Shown here piece after piece: positions 55,291 through 64,000 of a DNA stretch of 64,000 nucleotides (positions are counted from its first letter, which is position 1; each line of letters begins with the position of its first letter). The notes beneath the pieces were generated by a model, which saw only the letters and a program-made list of their open reading frames with translations, was not told where the DNA came from and made no database searches. The DNA lies in IMG/VR virus record IMGVR_UViG_3300032288_004702, positions 1 to 64,000 of that record; one strand, given 5' to 3'. Made by a program: the position numbers and the translations under genes. This DNA comes from a virus.

Positions 55291-57020
55291 TAAGTATGTC
55301 TTCTAAGCTTTTTCTACCGCCAACAGTTGATACATACAGGGACAGCCTTAACGCCACAAATTTTCGTGGGCCTTTTGAGCGTAAAATAATTATTGCCTCT
55401 CTACCGGACAATCTCCAGGCTGACATTTCTCACAACGTTACTCAGGTAAGTGTTAGCTACTCGATATCGCTTGTTTCGGAGTTGTCATTTGACGTAATTG
55501 ACGTTGACCTGCTTATGTCTAGAAATAATTATTTCATACTTGGGCGAGACGTAATATACGAAACACAGACACTTGGTCGCGTTGATTCATATACCGGAGA
55601 AGTTCGCCCAGTTCGCCAGCTTTTTGAAATCTCCGATGTGACTGTTTCCCAGGGTCCAGGTGGTTCTGCCGTTTACTCAGTTAAGTGCTACACCAAGGCA
55701 ATACAGCAAATGAAACGGGATAAAAAACCCGGCTCAATTAAAGGCAATGGAAGTCAGTACATTAGGAATGCGGCGAAAAAATATGGACTTGAGGTGTATT
55801 ACCAGGAAACCTCAAAAGCTAAAACTATTTCGAAAGCCAGTGGTTCAAAGCAGACAGAATCGCTCTGGGACGTAATGCTCAGGCTCGCGGATGATGCAAA
55901 ATTTGTTTTATTTGAAGTAGATGGAATTTTGATATTTGCGTCTGAAAAATTTTTAATGCATAAATGGGGAACAAATATACGTTATGTTGAAAAAACTGTT
56001 GCTGACCCAAAGACAAAGAAGAAGAAAAAAAAGAGGCTTGCTAGGAGATTTATACCGCTTCAGTGGCCAAATGGTGGAGATGGGTATGTTGGCACTCCTG
56101 GGTATTTCCGGCTTGTAGAACGTCCAACATTTAGAAAATCAGCAAATGACCCATACGCAGGAGAGGGGAGCTGCCTAGTAGAAAGATTTAACGGAACGCA
56201 AATACGTCCGGGTATGACGGCATATGTTGGTCTTGTTCCAAACATGTCTGGTTATTACCTAATTGATTCTGTCTCGTATAACGAAATGGTTCCTGACCCA
56301 GTATCTGTTTCTTTTAGAACTCTTACAAGAGATGAAGAAAAAGAAAAAATTGAATTACTGCCAATAGGAAAAACATATCAACAGACAGCTTTAATTGGTC
56401 AACCGATTAGAACTACGGCAGAGGCCGCAAAAATAGAAAAAGGCAATCCAATTTCTAAGCCATCGGCAGATAAAAGAATAATTGGGGAAAACCTACCGAC
56501 AGCAGAATTTAGATATAGATACCCACAAATGGAATACGCCAACATATCTCGAACATATGCATCTGTTTTGGGTAAAGTTGAAGAAAGCACAAATCAAAGA
56601 AACACAGTGATAATTACTGGAAATATTGATTTATGGGAAAGACCCGTTCTACCAACTCTGAATAATTCGGGTACGCAAACAATCGGATACCAGACACTCT
56701 CCCAAGTGGTTCACGTTGTTACTGCTGGCTCAGAGTACAGGGCAATAATATTGCCGCTTCTCTACACCGAAGGCGGAATTCCAGTATTAAAAACAGAGGC
56801 TCAGGCTATTGAGAAATACAACAGCGCTGGGGGGTATTCTGGAACGGCAAAACATTTTGGGGTCGTATCCGGGCCAACAAGAAACGCTGCACTTCTAAAC
56901 GCCCGAGACTATTCTTTTCTGCTCAATCTGCAGCAAAGTTTGATAATGAGCAAGCGTTTTCCAGATTTTAGCCTGTCAACAATAGTCGCAACACCTGGCT
57001 CTGCTGACAGTCAGTGGTAA
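55287..57020 (+). CDS. baseplate hub protein (gpD/gp27-like)
   Basis: ESLWDVMLRLA...FEVDGILIF...IRPGMT...GYYLIDSV. Confidence 0.7.
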   Translation: MISMSSKLFLPPTVDTYRDSLNATNFRGPFERKIIIASLPDNLQADISHNVTQVSVSYSISLVSELSFDVIDVDLLMSRNNYFILGRDVIYETQTLGRVDSYTGEVRPVRQLFEISDVTVSQGPGGSAVYSVKCYTKAIQQMKRDKKPGSIKGNGSQYIRNAAKKYGLEVYYQETSKAKTISKASGSKQTESLWDVMLRLADDAKFVLFEVDGILIFASEKFLMHKWGTNIRYVEKTVADPKTKKKKKKRLARRFIPLQWPNGGDGYVGTPGYFRLVERPTFRKSANDPYAGEGSCLVERFNGTQIRPGMTAYVGLVPNMSGYYLIDSVSYNEMVPDPVSVSFRTLTRDEEKEKIELLPIGKTYQQTALIGQPIRTTAEAAKIEKGNPISKPSADKRIIGENLPTAEFRYRYPQMEYANISRTYASVLGKVEESTNQRNTVIITGNIDLWERPVLPTLNNSGTQTIGYQTLSQVVHVVTAGSEYRAIILPLLYTEGGIPVLKTEAQAIEKYNSAGGYSGTAKHFGVVSGPTRNAALLNARDYSFLLNLQQSLIMSKRFPDFSLSTIVATPGSADSQW

Positions 57021-57055
57021 ACGTGAACATGTTTAAGATTTAAAATAGTAAGGTT

Positions 57056-57418
57056 ATGAATATGCGCCCAGACATAGTTGATAGAACAAAATCCTCTTCC
57101 CACCCACTGCGGGCTGGACGATTCTACACTGGCGTCATTAAATCAGTTGACACCAGGGGGGCTGTTGTGGTGCATATTACAGAGTTGGGCTCTTCATATG
57201 AAAAGGTAGTGCCAATCGGAACTACGCCAGCAAACCATCTATCTGTTGGCGATGTAGTCAAATGCACATTTGCCGATGAATTTTTTAATGAGTTAATAGT
57301 TTTTGGAAGCGCACAAATAAAAGACTCCGATTATCCGACCATTGAGCAATACAACTCCCTTTTATCAACGGTAAATGACCTGGTTTCAAGAGTTGAAACG
57401 CTTGAGGGTGGTGCCTAA
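57056..57418 (+). CDS. baseplate spike protein (OB-fold, gpV-like)
   Basis: YTGVI...VGDVVKCTF; synteny. Confidence 0.6.
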   Translation: MNMRPDIVDRTKSSSHPLRAGRFYTGVIKSVDTRGAVVVHITELGSSYEKVVPIGTTPANHLSVGDVVKCTFADEFFNELIVFGSAQIKDSDYPTIEQYNSLLSTVNDLVSRVETLEGGA

Positions 57419-57420
57419 TT

Positions 57421-57723
57421 ATGCAGATGATTAAGTTTCCACTCAGGTTTGACTCCACTGGATTTGAGAAAATCGACGAAGGAACTACTGATTACTATTC
57501 TCAGCTTTTATCAATATGCATGTTGACCGAGCCTGGCACACACCCAATGAGCCCGCAGTTTGGTGCATATGACCCGTCGTTTAGGGTTATAGATAAAAGT
57601 ATTTTTGTTTTGAATGCTTCTCAGTTTGTACCAGAAGTAACAATAACAAATATTGACATATCCGAAAAAGACTCAGCAGACGGCGCAGTTAAAGTTGCCG
57701 TCTCTTTCAACATCAACACGTAG
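57421..57723 (+). CDS. baseplate wedge protein (gp25-like)
   Basis: KFPLRF...LTEPGTHPMSPQFG. Confidence 0.75.
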   Translation: MQMIKFPLRFDSTGFEKIDEGTTDYYSQLLSICMLTEPGTHPMSPQFGAYDPSFRVIDKSIFVLNASQFVPEVTITNIDISEKDSADGAVKVAVSFNINT

Positions 57724-57734
57724 GGATTGTAGCC

Positions 57735-59192
57735 ATGGCAGCAGATTTTTCAGAATATGTCGACCTTTCAATATTCGACAAAGAACCAGGAGATATATAT
57801 CGCGACGCCATTGAGCTGGCGCGGCTATCCCTGCCCGATTTTAATCTACGCGTAGGCACTCCAGAGGATGCAATATTTCAAGCTGCAGCGTACGTCGGCG
57901 CGCTAAACATTAACGCAATTAATAGGCTTCCAGACAGATTGATGGCTGGAATAGTTTCAATGCTTGGATACCAGCGACAAGAAGCAATACCAGCAGAAGT
58001 TGATGTTGAAATAACTATAGGCTCATACGAAGGCGGCGTCATACCCGTTGGGACGGTATTCGTTTATGACTCAGTATTCGAAGATGAAGTTCAGCAATAC
58101 GCATTCCAACTAACATCCGCATTGACGATACCCGCAACAATAGGGACCGATTACCCTTCCGAAATTGCCACAGTTACAGCAATTGAGGCTGGTGTAATGC
58201 CTCCGCTTACTGCGGGAACTGAACTTGCTGTCATTTCATCAGGTACAGATATTGTTTCTGTCGTAGTGGCCGATGATGCAAATTTTGCGAATGGCATAAA
58301 TGCTGATATGGATAATGAGTACCTTTCAAAGGCAACAACATATCTCCGGTCTCTTGCCTCTGCCCTTGTGAGACCATCTCAGGTTGATGCATATCTGCTA
58401 ACCAATTATCCAGGAATCGTGTCTAGGGCAAAAACATTTGACCTGACAAATGGCGACCCCGATGGTGGCGACATAACAACGAAGCGCTCTAGCGGAGTTA
58501 TACAAACATTTCTATCTAGCAACTTGGCAACAATAGAGACAGAGGCACCGCATTTGTTTATTGTTGGCGATGTTGTTGAGCTCGATATATTTAACTCGTC
58601 TGTCAGTGCAACATTTAATGGTACACATACGATAACTGGTGCTGACGACACAACGTTCAGCTTTGTAAAAGTTGCAGGAAATTCAGCCAGCACTGTTGTT
58701 ACCGGCTCGGCATATGCTGGGCAGGATGTCCCGGGATACGTAACAGTTGTCGCATACGGAAATAATACAGAACTTACTTCGCCGCAAAAAATTGATATCT
58801 TAAGCGAAATACGGGCGAAGTCTGTTGCCGGCCTAACAATTGAGCTAATTGACCCGACATTGGTGACGCTCGAAATATCTGGTTCAATAACACTGAACCA
58901 ACAATATGAACAAACATCCCTATATCAAACAATAGAGGATGCATTAGTAGAGTATTTAAGTCCATCAAAGTTCTCGTTTAATTTCGACAGAATAAGACAT
59001 AGCCAAGTTGTGTCACTAATTAGCGGCATTCCCGGTGTTGTCTATGTTGAGTCTCTGACGCTTACCCCCACTGGTAGCGGATGGTTGCCACAGCATGATA
59101 ATGATTTGCTGTTCAGGGACAAGGGTTCGCTGCCAATACTCTCACTAGACGACATTGATTTTACCTATGTCGCAGTAGACGTGGAGGGCTGA
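57735..59192 (+). CDS. baseplate J-like protein
   Basis: IPVGT, TVTAIEAG, NGINAD.DNEYL, ISGIPGVVYV; inserted beta-domain (ATIETEAPH...FNGTHTIT). Confidence 0.85.
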   Translation: MAADFSEYVDLSIFDKEPGDIYRDAIELARLSLPDFNLRVGTPEDAIFQAAAYVGALNINAINRLPDRLMAGIVSMLGYQRQEAIPAEVDVEITIGSYEGGVIPVGTVFVYDSVFEDEVQQYAFQLTSALTIPATIGTDYPSEIATVTAIEAGVMPPLTAGTELAVISSGTDIVSVVVADDANFANGINADMDNEYLSKATTYLRSLASALVRPSQVDAYLLTNYPGIVSRAKTFDLTNGDPDGGDITTKRSSGVIQTFLSSNLATIETEAPHLFIVGDVVELDIFNSSVSATFNGTHTITGADDTTFSFVKVAGNSASTVVTGSAYAGQDVPGYVTVVAYGNNTELTSPQKIDILSEIRAKSVAGLTIELIDPTLVTLEISGSITLNQQYEQTSLYQTIEDALVEYLSPSKFSFNFDRIRHSQVVSLISGIPGVVYVESLTLTPTGSGWLPQHDNDLLFRDKGSLPILSLDDIDFTYVAVDVEG

Positions 59193-59193
59193 G

Positions 59194-60405
59194 GTGGCAC
59201 GCACGGTTAACCTTCTTTCAGACGCAAATGCACTTCTTAGGTTTTCGTCAAATGACGGCGCGAATATAGGAATATCATCTGTTGCATATGATTGGGAGAC
59301 AGAAAACGCAACGCTTTCCCTTATAAGTACTGAATTCGTTGTAAATACAAGATATGTACTTCAGGCTTTCCCGAGCAGCTCTGACGACGTGGTGATAAAG
59401 CTAGAAAATATTCCATTAAAAATATCCGATAACGGGAGAGTGCTGTCGGCAAATATGCGAATCAAAGCAAGCTCGCCGATGACCATTAATTCATTGCTCT
59501 ACGTCGATTCGGATTCTAATGCATATTCTGGGAACTCGTTATCCTATACAAGCGGACTATACAATGCAGTGCACACTAATCAAGTTGTGATTCCAGATGA
59601 CGAGACTCTTCATACAGTAACCATACTTATAACCATCTCTGGTCATTCGCCAGTGCCAATACACCTAACTTTGCCGCACCTAATACATGACATGGCATTA
59701 TTTGAAAACCCATTTGTCCGCCGGTCAAGAACCTTTCTTCCAGACTTTTACTTTGAAATAGATTCATCACAGACGCAGCCCTCATATCCATTTTTTAGAT
59801 TAATAGACATACTTACTGCAGCTGCCGGAGAAACAGCAATTGAGCACGACAGAATGTACGGGGTTGAAGTCGGTCAAGTTCCGCTTCCTGAACAAACGGC
59901 AGAATATTGGGCCCGCAGCTCGTTGGTATCTCCACGTTCTGTAAGAGATGCATACATACCGTGGCTTGCGCAATTTACCGGTGGACCGCTTCGTCAGAAT
60001 ATCCAGAAATCAGATGGTTCATTATTTTTTCAGAATGAAGGCGTGCGTCGGGATTTTATAGAGTGGCAGTTAGTAAATGGTTACTACGGGAGGGCATCTG
60101 GCTCAAGAGAAGCCATGACAGAGGCAGCCAAGCAAGTTCTGCTTTACACAAAGGATGGCACCCAGAGCACGCTGTCTGTTGCGGTAACCCCGCGTTATCT
60201 TGACGAACCCTTTACTGTTCGTGTCCAGACGCTAACGAATGAAACACCGGATGCTGACGCCGGCGAAGAAAGTGAGCTCGTATTGAAAACTGTTTCATGG
60301 GCCAAACCGATGGGATATCGAGTTTTGCATCAAACAGTTGACGAATTCTTCTTTTCGTTCGATGACCCAACGTTGGGCGTCCTGGACTCAATGAGGTTTG
60401 GGTAA
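59194..60405 (+). CDS. baseplate wedge/tail protein (gpI-like C-terminal region)
   Basis: YIPWLAQFTG...GSREAM...KPMG; synteny. Confidence 0.65.
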   Translation: MARTVNLLSDANALLRFSSNDGANIGISSVAYDWETENATLSLISTEFVVNTRYVLQAFPSSSDDVVIKLENIPLKISDNGRVLSANMRIKASSPMTINSLLYVDSDSNAYSGNSLSYTSGLYNAVHTNQVVIPDDETLHTVTILITISGHSPVPIHLTLPHLIHDMALFENPFVRRSRTFLPDFYFEIDSSQTQPSYPFFRLIDILTAAAGETAIEHDRMYGVEVGQVPLPEQTAEYWARSSLVSPRSVRDAYIPWLAQFTGGPLRQNIQKSDGSLFFQNEGVRRDFIEWQLVNGYYGRASGSREAMTEAAKQVLLYTKDGTQSTLSVAVTPRYLDEPFTVRVQTLTNETPDADAGEESELVLKTVSWAKPMGYRVLHQTVDEFFFSFDDPTLGVLDSMRFG

Positions 60406-60443
60406 AATGATAAACTCGATTATTAAGATTCAGGAGAAATAAC

Positions 60444-61454
60444 ATGGCTGGCTCAGGAGTAAGGCTATTTGTATCGGGTGAAATCGCCTATGCAGCTGAC
60501 GTAAACACCTACCTAATGGACCAGGTGATTAGTCGATTTGCTGATGCCGATGCACGAGATGCTGCTTTCGGTGACGGAATCCCGGTATCACAGGGCGGCG
60601 ACGGCAAACCATCTCTTTCAGAAGGTAGATTTTGCTATCTCGACGACGTTAATGAAGTCCAATTTTACAATGGTGCCGCATGGCAATCCGCTTCACAGTT
60701 TACAGTCGGTGATGGAACAATTACAGAGGCCAAACTTGCTGCAAACTCTGTTACCTCTGACAAAATTGCGCCCGGAACCGTAATCGCCTCGGACATAGGC
60801 GATAACACAATTACGGAAGCAAAACTTACAACATCTGTAGCTGGTTCTGGCCTTTCTGGCGGAAACGGAACAGCACTGGCTGTAAATGTTGACAACTCAA
60901 CCGTAGAAATAAATTCGGATAATTTAAGAATTAAAGACCTTGGCGTAACAACCGCAAAAATAAATGACGGTGCAGTAACATCTGCAAAGCTTGATTCGGA
61001 TATTTCTATATCTGGCGACGTTGCGGCAGGCGGAAACCTAAATGTATCTGGGACTTCATTTATTGCTGAAATAATCGAGAAGGCTCATCTCGTCGGCTCG
61101 GCCTCTGGTACAGAGACAATTGACATTCTGACTGCTGGAATACATTTTTTTGAAACATCAAGCACATCTTCTTTTGTTCTTGATTTTATTGGTGATGGCT
61201 CTAATTCATTTAACAGCCTTACGTCTGTCGGCCAGTCCGTTACTGGCGTAATACTAGTTAACTGCGGTTCAACTTCATGCAAGCCGACCGCAATACGAGT
61301 TGATGGCGTTGCGCAAACAGTTAAATGGTTCGGTGGAGTTTCGTTCCCGGACGGGAGCGGTGGTGGAGCAATAGATTCGTACACAATAACGATTATAAAA
61401 ACCGCGGCTACGCCAACATATGTCGTATTGGCCAGTCAGTCAAAGTTTGCGTAA
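60444..61454 (+). CDS. tail fibre protein with TxAKL/I decapeptide repeats
   Basis: AADVNTYLMDQ N-terminus; GTITEAKL, VTSDKI, VTTAKI, VTSAKL. Confidence 0.75.
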   Translation: MAGSGVRLFVSGEIAYAADVNTYLMDQVISRFADADARDAAFGDGIPVSQGGDGKPSLSEGRFCYLDDVNEVQFYNGAAWQSASQFTVGDGTITEAKLAANSVTSDKIAPGTVIASDIGDNTITEAKLTTSVAGSGLSGGNGTALAVNVDNSTVEINSDNLRIKDLGVTTAKINDGAVTSAKLDSDISISGDVAAGGNLNVSGTSFIAEIIEKAHLVGSASGTETIDILTAGIHFFETSSTSSFVLDFIGDGSNSFNSLTSVGQSVTGVILVNCGSTSCKPTAIRVDGVAQTVKWFGGVSFPDGSGGGAIDSYTITIIKTAATPTYVVLASQSKFA

Positions 61455-61468
61455 GGCTCGAGGTAATT

Positions 61469-63271
61469 ATGCCATTTCTCGGAGGCAGGGCATCAGCATC
61501 TCGCGGATTTTTTGGTGGCGGCTCCACGCCGACAGAACCAACAAATCTGTCTTCAATTGAGGGAAATCAACAGTTAACAATATCATTTGATGCCCCATCG
61601 TTTAATGGTGGTTTAAATATCTCAAACTATGAATATGCTCTTTCAACAAATAGCGGTTCATCGTATGGAGCCTGGACTCCGCTTTCTCCGGTAGACACAT
61701 CTTCGCCGATTATTATTGGTGAGCTAACAAATGGCCAGGAATATTACGTAAAACTGCGGGCTGCCAACCCTCTTGGCGGCGGACAGCAATCAGACCCGCT
61801 GTCCACAAATACGACACCATACACGGTGCCGGGTAAGCCGTCGATTACTGGGCTTACGCCTGGAAACGGGCAGGTTGAAGTAACTTATTCAGCGCCTGCA
61901 TCCAATGGCGGTAGGCCAATAACAAACTACTATATCCAGTACTCGTCCAATAATGGCTCAACATGGTCTAGCCCTATTGATTCTGGCAGCGACCTCAGCC
62001 ATCCGGTGACCGGTTTATCTAACGGTACCAACTATGTATTCAGGGTTTACGCCACAAATATTGCTGGGAATGGCCCTGTTTCCGATACGTCGTCATCCTC
62101 AAAGCCACGAACAGTACCAGCAAAGATTTCACCTGCGCCTACTTCGTCAGCGGGCGATAGAAGTTTCACTATCAGCTGGACAGCACCAAACGATGGCGGC
62201 AGCGATATTACTGGATACAGGGTTCAGTATTCTTCCGATGGCGGCTCAACGTGGGTCGGGACAGACACAACTACATCAACTTCTTATTCATGGGTTCCAC
62301 TTACAAATGGTACATCTTATATAGGAAAAGTTCAGGCATACAATATTGTTGGCAATGGTGAGTACTCTGATGCTTCAGTGGCAAGAACCCCAACATTTTC
62401 TGCCCCTGCACTTTCTGGGGACGGAAGCTGGGCGAGTTCTGCAAGCATTGGGGTGAGGCGAGTTTCGTGGACGGTCAACCCGACAGACGTATATGGCTCA
62501 AATGCTACTGCCGGTACAACAACAGAAATATACCTTCAGTGGATGTACGCAGATGGGACATGGTCAACACCAAATGCGGCAGAAGAATTAGTGGCGACAT
62601 ATACAGGAAACCAGTCATATAGCGGCTATGGCACAGCATTTGCTAATTCTAGTACTGTCGCTCCTGGTGAACAGTACAGGATACGCGCTAAACAATACTC
62701 AAGCGCAGAACCATCATATGCCATTTATACGTCATGGGTAAATATACAGATAATAGGGTACCAAACTCAATATTACGATACGTGGGTTGGTCTTTCGAAT
62801 GTTTCGTCGTCGTCAGAACTTGTTTCAGTTACCGGAACATCATTCACTCATACATATGCCGCGGCAGTGGGCGGAGTTAATACACAAAACTATGGAGACA
62901 TCCAACATAGGGCGGTTTCCGTCTATATAACCTCATATACTGGAGATTCTGGCACAACAATTTGCACATCATCAAGGTACTGGGGCCTATTTTGGTCCGG
63001 CAACTCAACCAGTGGAGGGACGAGCGGAAGCATTGATTACACTGGACTACAGCAGCCATGGTCAAACAACGCAGGGTCTACGCAGCGGAGCGCAACCTGG
63101 ACGCCAACCGCGACGAACTGGGGCGCCGTTGGAGCCGGCAGGGTTAGCGTAAAAGGTTTTGGCACTATAGCAACATGGTCGACAAGCCCTGACCAAAGAA
63201 TCAGGGTGCGAATTAGTGTTACTTACGAAAGACGACAGTGGACACAGAATGGCGGCTCGTTCCTGTATTAG
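61469..63271 (+). CDS. fibronectin type III repeat tail/receptor-binding protein
   Basis: Three FN3 repeats (APxxNGG..I..Y...LxNGxxY..RV.AxN..G); start reassigned to ATG 61469 after GAGG. Confidence 0.85.
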   Translation: MPFLGGRASASRGFFGGGSTPTEPTNLSSIEGNQQLTISFDAPSFNGGLNISNYEYALSTNSGSSYGAWTPLSPVDTSSPIIIGELTNGQEYYVKLRAANPLGGGQQSDPLSTNTTPYTVPGKPSITGLTPGNGQVEVTYSAPASNGGRPITNYYIQYSSNNGSTWSSPIDSGSDLSHPVTGLSNGTNYVFRVYATNIAGNGPVSDTSSSSKPRTVPAKISPAPTSSAGDRSFTISWTAPNDGGSDITGYRVQYSSDGGSTWVGTDTTTSTSYSWVPLTNGTSYIGKVQAYNIVGNGEYSDASVARTPTFSAPALSGDGSWASSASIGVRRVSWTVNPTDVYGSNATAGTTTEIYLQWMYADGTWSTPNAAEELVATYTGNQSYSGYGTAFANSSTVAPGEQYRIRAKQYSSAEPSYAIYTSWVNIQIIGYQTQYYDTWVGLSNVSSSSELVSVTGTSFTHTYAAAVGGVNTQNYGDIQHRAVSVYITSYTGDSGTTICTSSRYWGLFWSGNSTSGGTSGSIDYTGLQQPWSNNAGSTQRSATWTPTATNWGAVGAGRVSVKGFGTIATWSTSPDQRIRVRISVTYERRQWTQNGGSFLY

Positions 63272-63298
63272 GATGAGTTAAGGGGATAATATTTCAGC

Positions 63299-63523
63299 AT
63301 GAGCGATACAGACGACATTTATATAATCCCGGATTGTCAACCTACTGATTTTGCCTCGGGAGATATAGCACTTGCCGACAATGAAACAGTGCTATACAGA
63401 ATTTCTGAATGTTACAAATGTGATGAGTTCATTAGAGAATCATCACTCTGCAGGCAAAGTGGTTGTCAAATTTCAATAAAAGTGAAAGTCAGTAATTCCA
63501 CATGCCCAATAGGAATATGGTGA
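63299..63523 (+). CDS. small Cys-rich protein (DUF6171-like)
   Basis: R..ECYKC...CRQSGC...K...CPIGIW. Confidence 0.7.
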   Translation: MSDTDDIYIIPDCQPTDFASGDIALADNETVLYRISECYKCDEFIRESSLCRQSGCQISIKVKVSNSTCPIGIW

Positions 63524-63524
63524 C

Positions 63525-63746
63525 ATGAGGGAGAGAAGGGCAAACCCTCTAGATTTTTTTAAAACGTCGACAAAGTATGTCGACGACGAGACTGCCGAGT
63601 TGCGATACTCGATATGCGATGGATGCGAATTTTTCTTGCAAATCACAAAACAGTGCCGCAAGTGTGGCTGTTTTATGCATCTAAAGACAAAAATTGCACA
63701 CGCTGAATGCCCGATTAACAAGTGGGGTCCGGTCCTGACAGATTAA
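63525..63746 (+). CDS. small Cys-rich protein (DUF6171-like), tandem paralog
   Basis: RYSICDGC...CRKCGCFMHLK...CPINKW. Confidence 0.75.
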   Translation: MRERRANPLDFFKTSTKYVDDETAELRYSICDGCEFFLQITKQCRKCGCFMHLKTKIAHAECPINKWGPVLTD

Positions 63747-64000
63747 CTGTTCAGCTCGTACCATCCACCTCCCCATAGTGTTTCAAGTCTCCTGAAGTAT
63801 CGCTCATACATCAAACCTACAGCGTCGAGGCCGTATCTGTTCTTTGCGTATTGACCTATTGCCCGCCTATCAAGCTTTTCAGCATTAAGTGCCGCGTCAA
63901 TAAATTCCCGGAGTGTGTGACATCTAAAACCAGTTACCCCATCTTGCACTGTTTCTGTGAACGCCCCCCAGTCCGTTGATATTACGGGCGAGCCGCAGGC
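63743..64000 (-). CDS. glycosyltransferase (GT4/GT-B) C-terminal fragment; start lies beyond the window
   Basis: ACGSPVISTDWGAFTETVQDGVTGF... Confidence 0.85.
   Translation of the reverse strand, partial: ACGSPVISTDWGAFTETVQDGVTGFRCHTLREFIDAALNAEKLDRRAIGQYAKNRYGLDAVGLMYERYFRRLETLWGGGWYELNS

Noticed and set aside
60444-63271. Diversity-generating retroelement or invertible fibre cassette
   Set aside because: No reverse transcriptase, invertase or template/variable repeat pair is visible in this window.

Overview
This window is a 64-kb segment of a large contractile-tailed (myovirus-type) dsDNA phage with an HK97-fold capsid. The host is probably an actinobacterium, judging from a whiB gene and many apparently leaderless genes. 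From left to right it contains: (1) a primase running off the left edge, whiB, a histone-H1-like protein, class II RNR (nrdJ), an HNH gene and tRNA-Arg(UCU); (2) a ~28-kb minus-strand head module from portal to major capsid protein; (3) a divergent terL followed by Rad52-like annealase, Cas4/RecB-like nuclease, HNH, RuvC and a ParB / PAPS-reductase / ParB cluster; (4) neck, sheath, tube, frameshifted chaperone, tape measure, baseplate and fibre genes; (5) a partial glycosyltransferase at the right edge. The main unusual feature is the head module. The prohead protease is fused at the N-terminus of a 2978-aa polyprotein (HiPIP-like, ArdC/zincin, UvrD-like helicase, unknown C-terminus). A second 2401-aa polyprotein (zincin, degenerate ART, ParB-like, split DUF3626-like) lies nearby. 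In both, domains are delimited by a recurring (R)LSSG peptide with variable codons, which also occurs twice in the tape measure protein, and a PepSY-domain protein lies between the two giant genes. I infer a virion-packaged, proteolytically processed 'cargo polyprotein' system. A late-promoter motif (TAGTTGCAC-N21-TAnnnT) precedes five structural genes. All domain calls come from recognising motifs by eye; no database searches were run.
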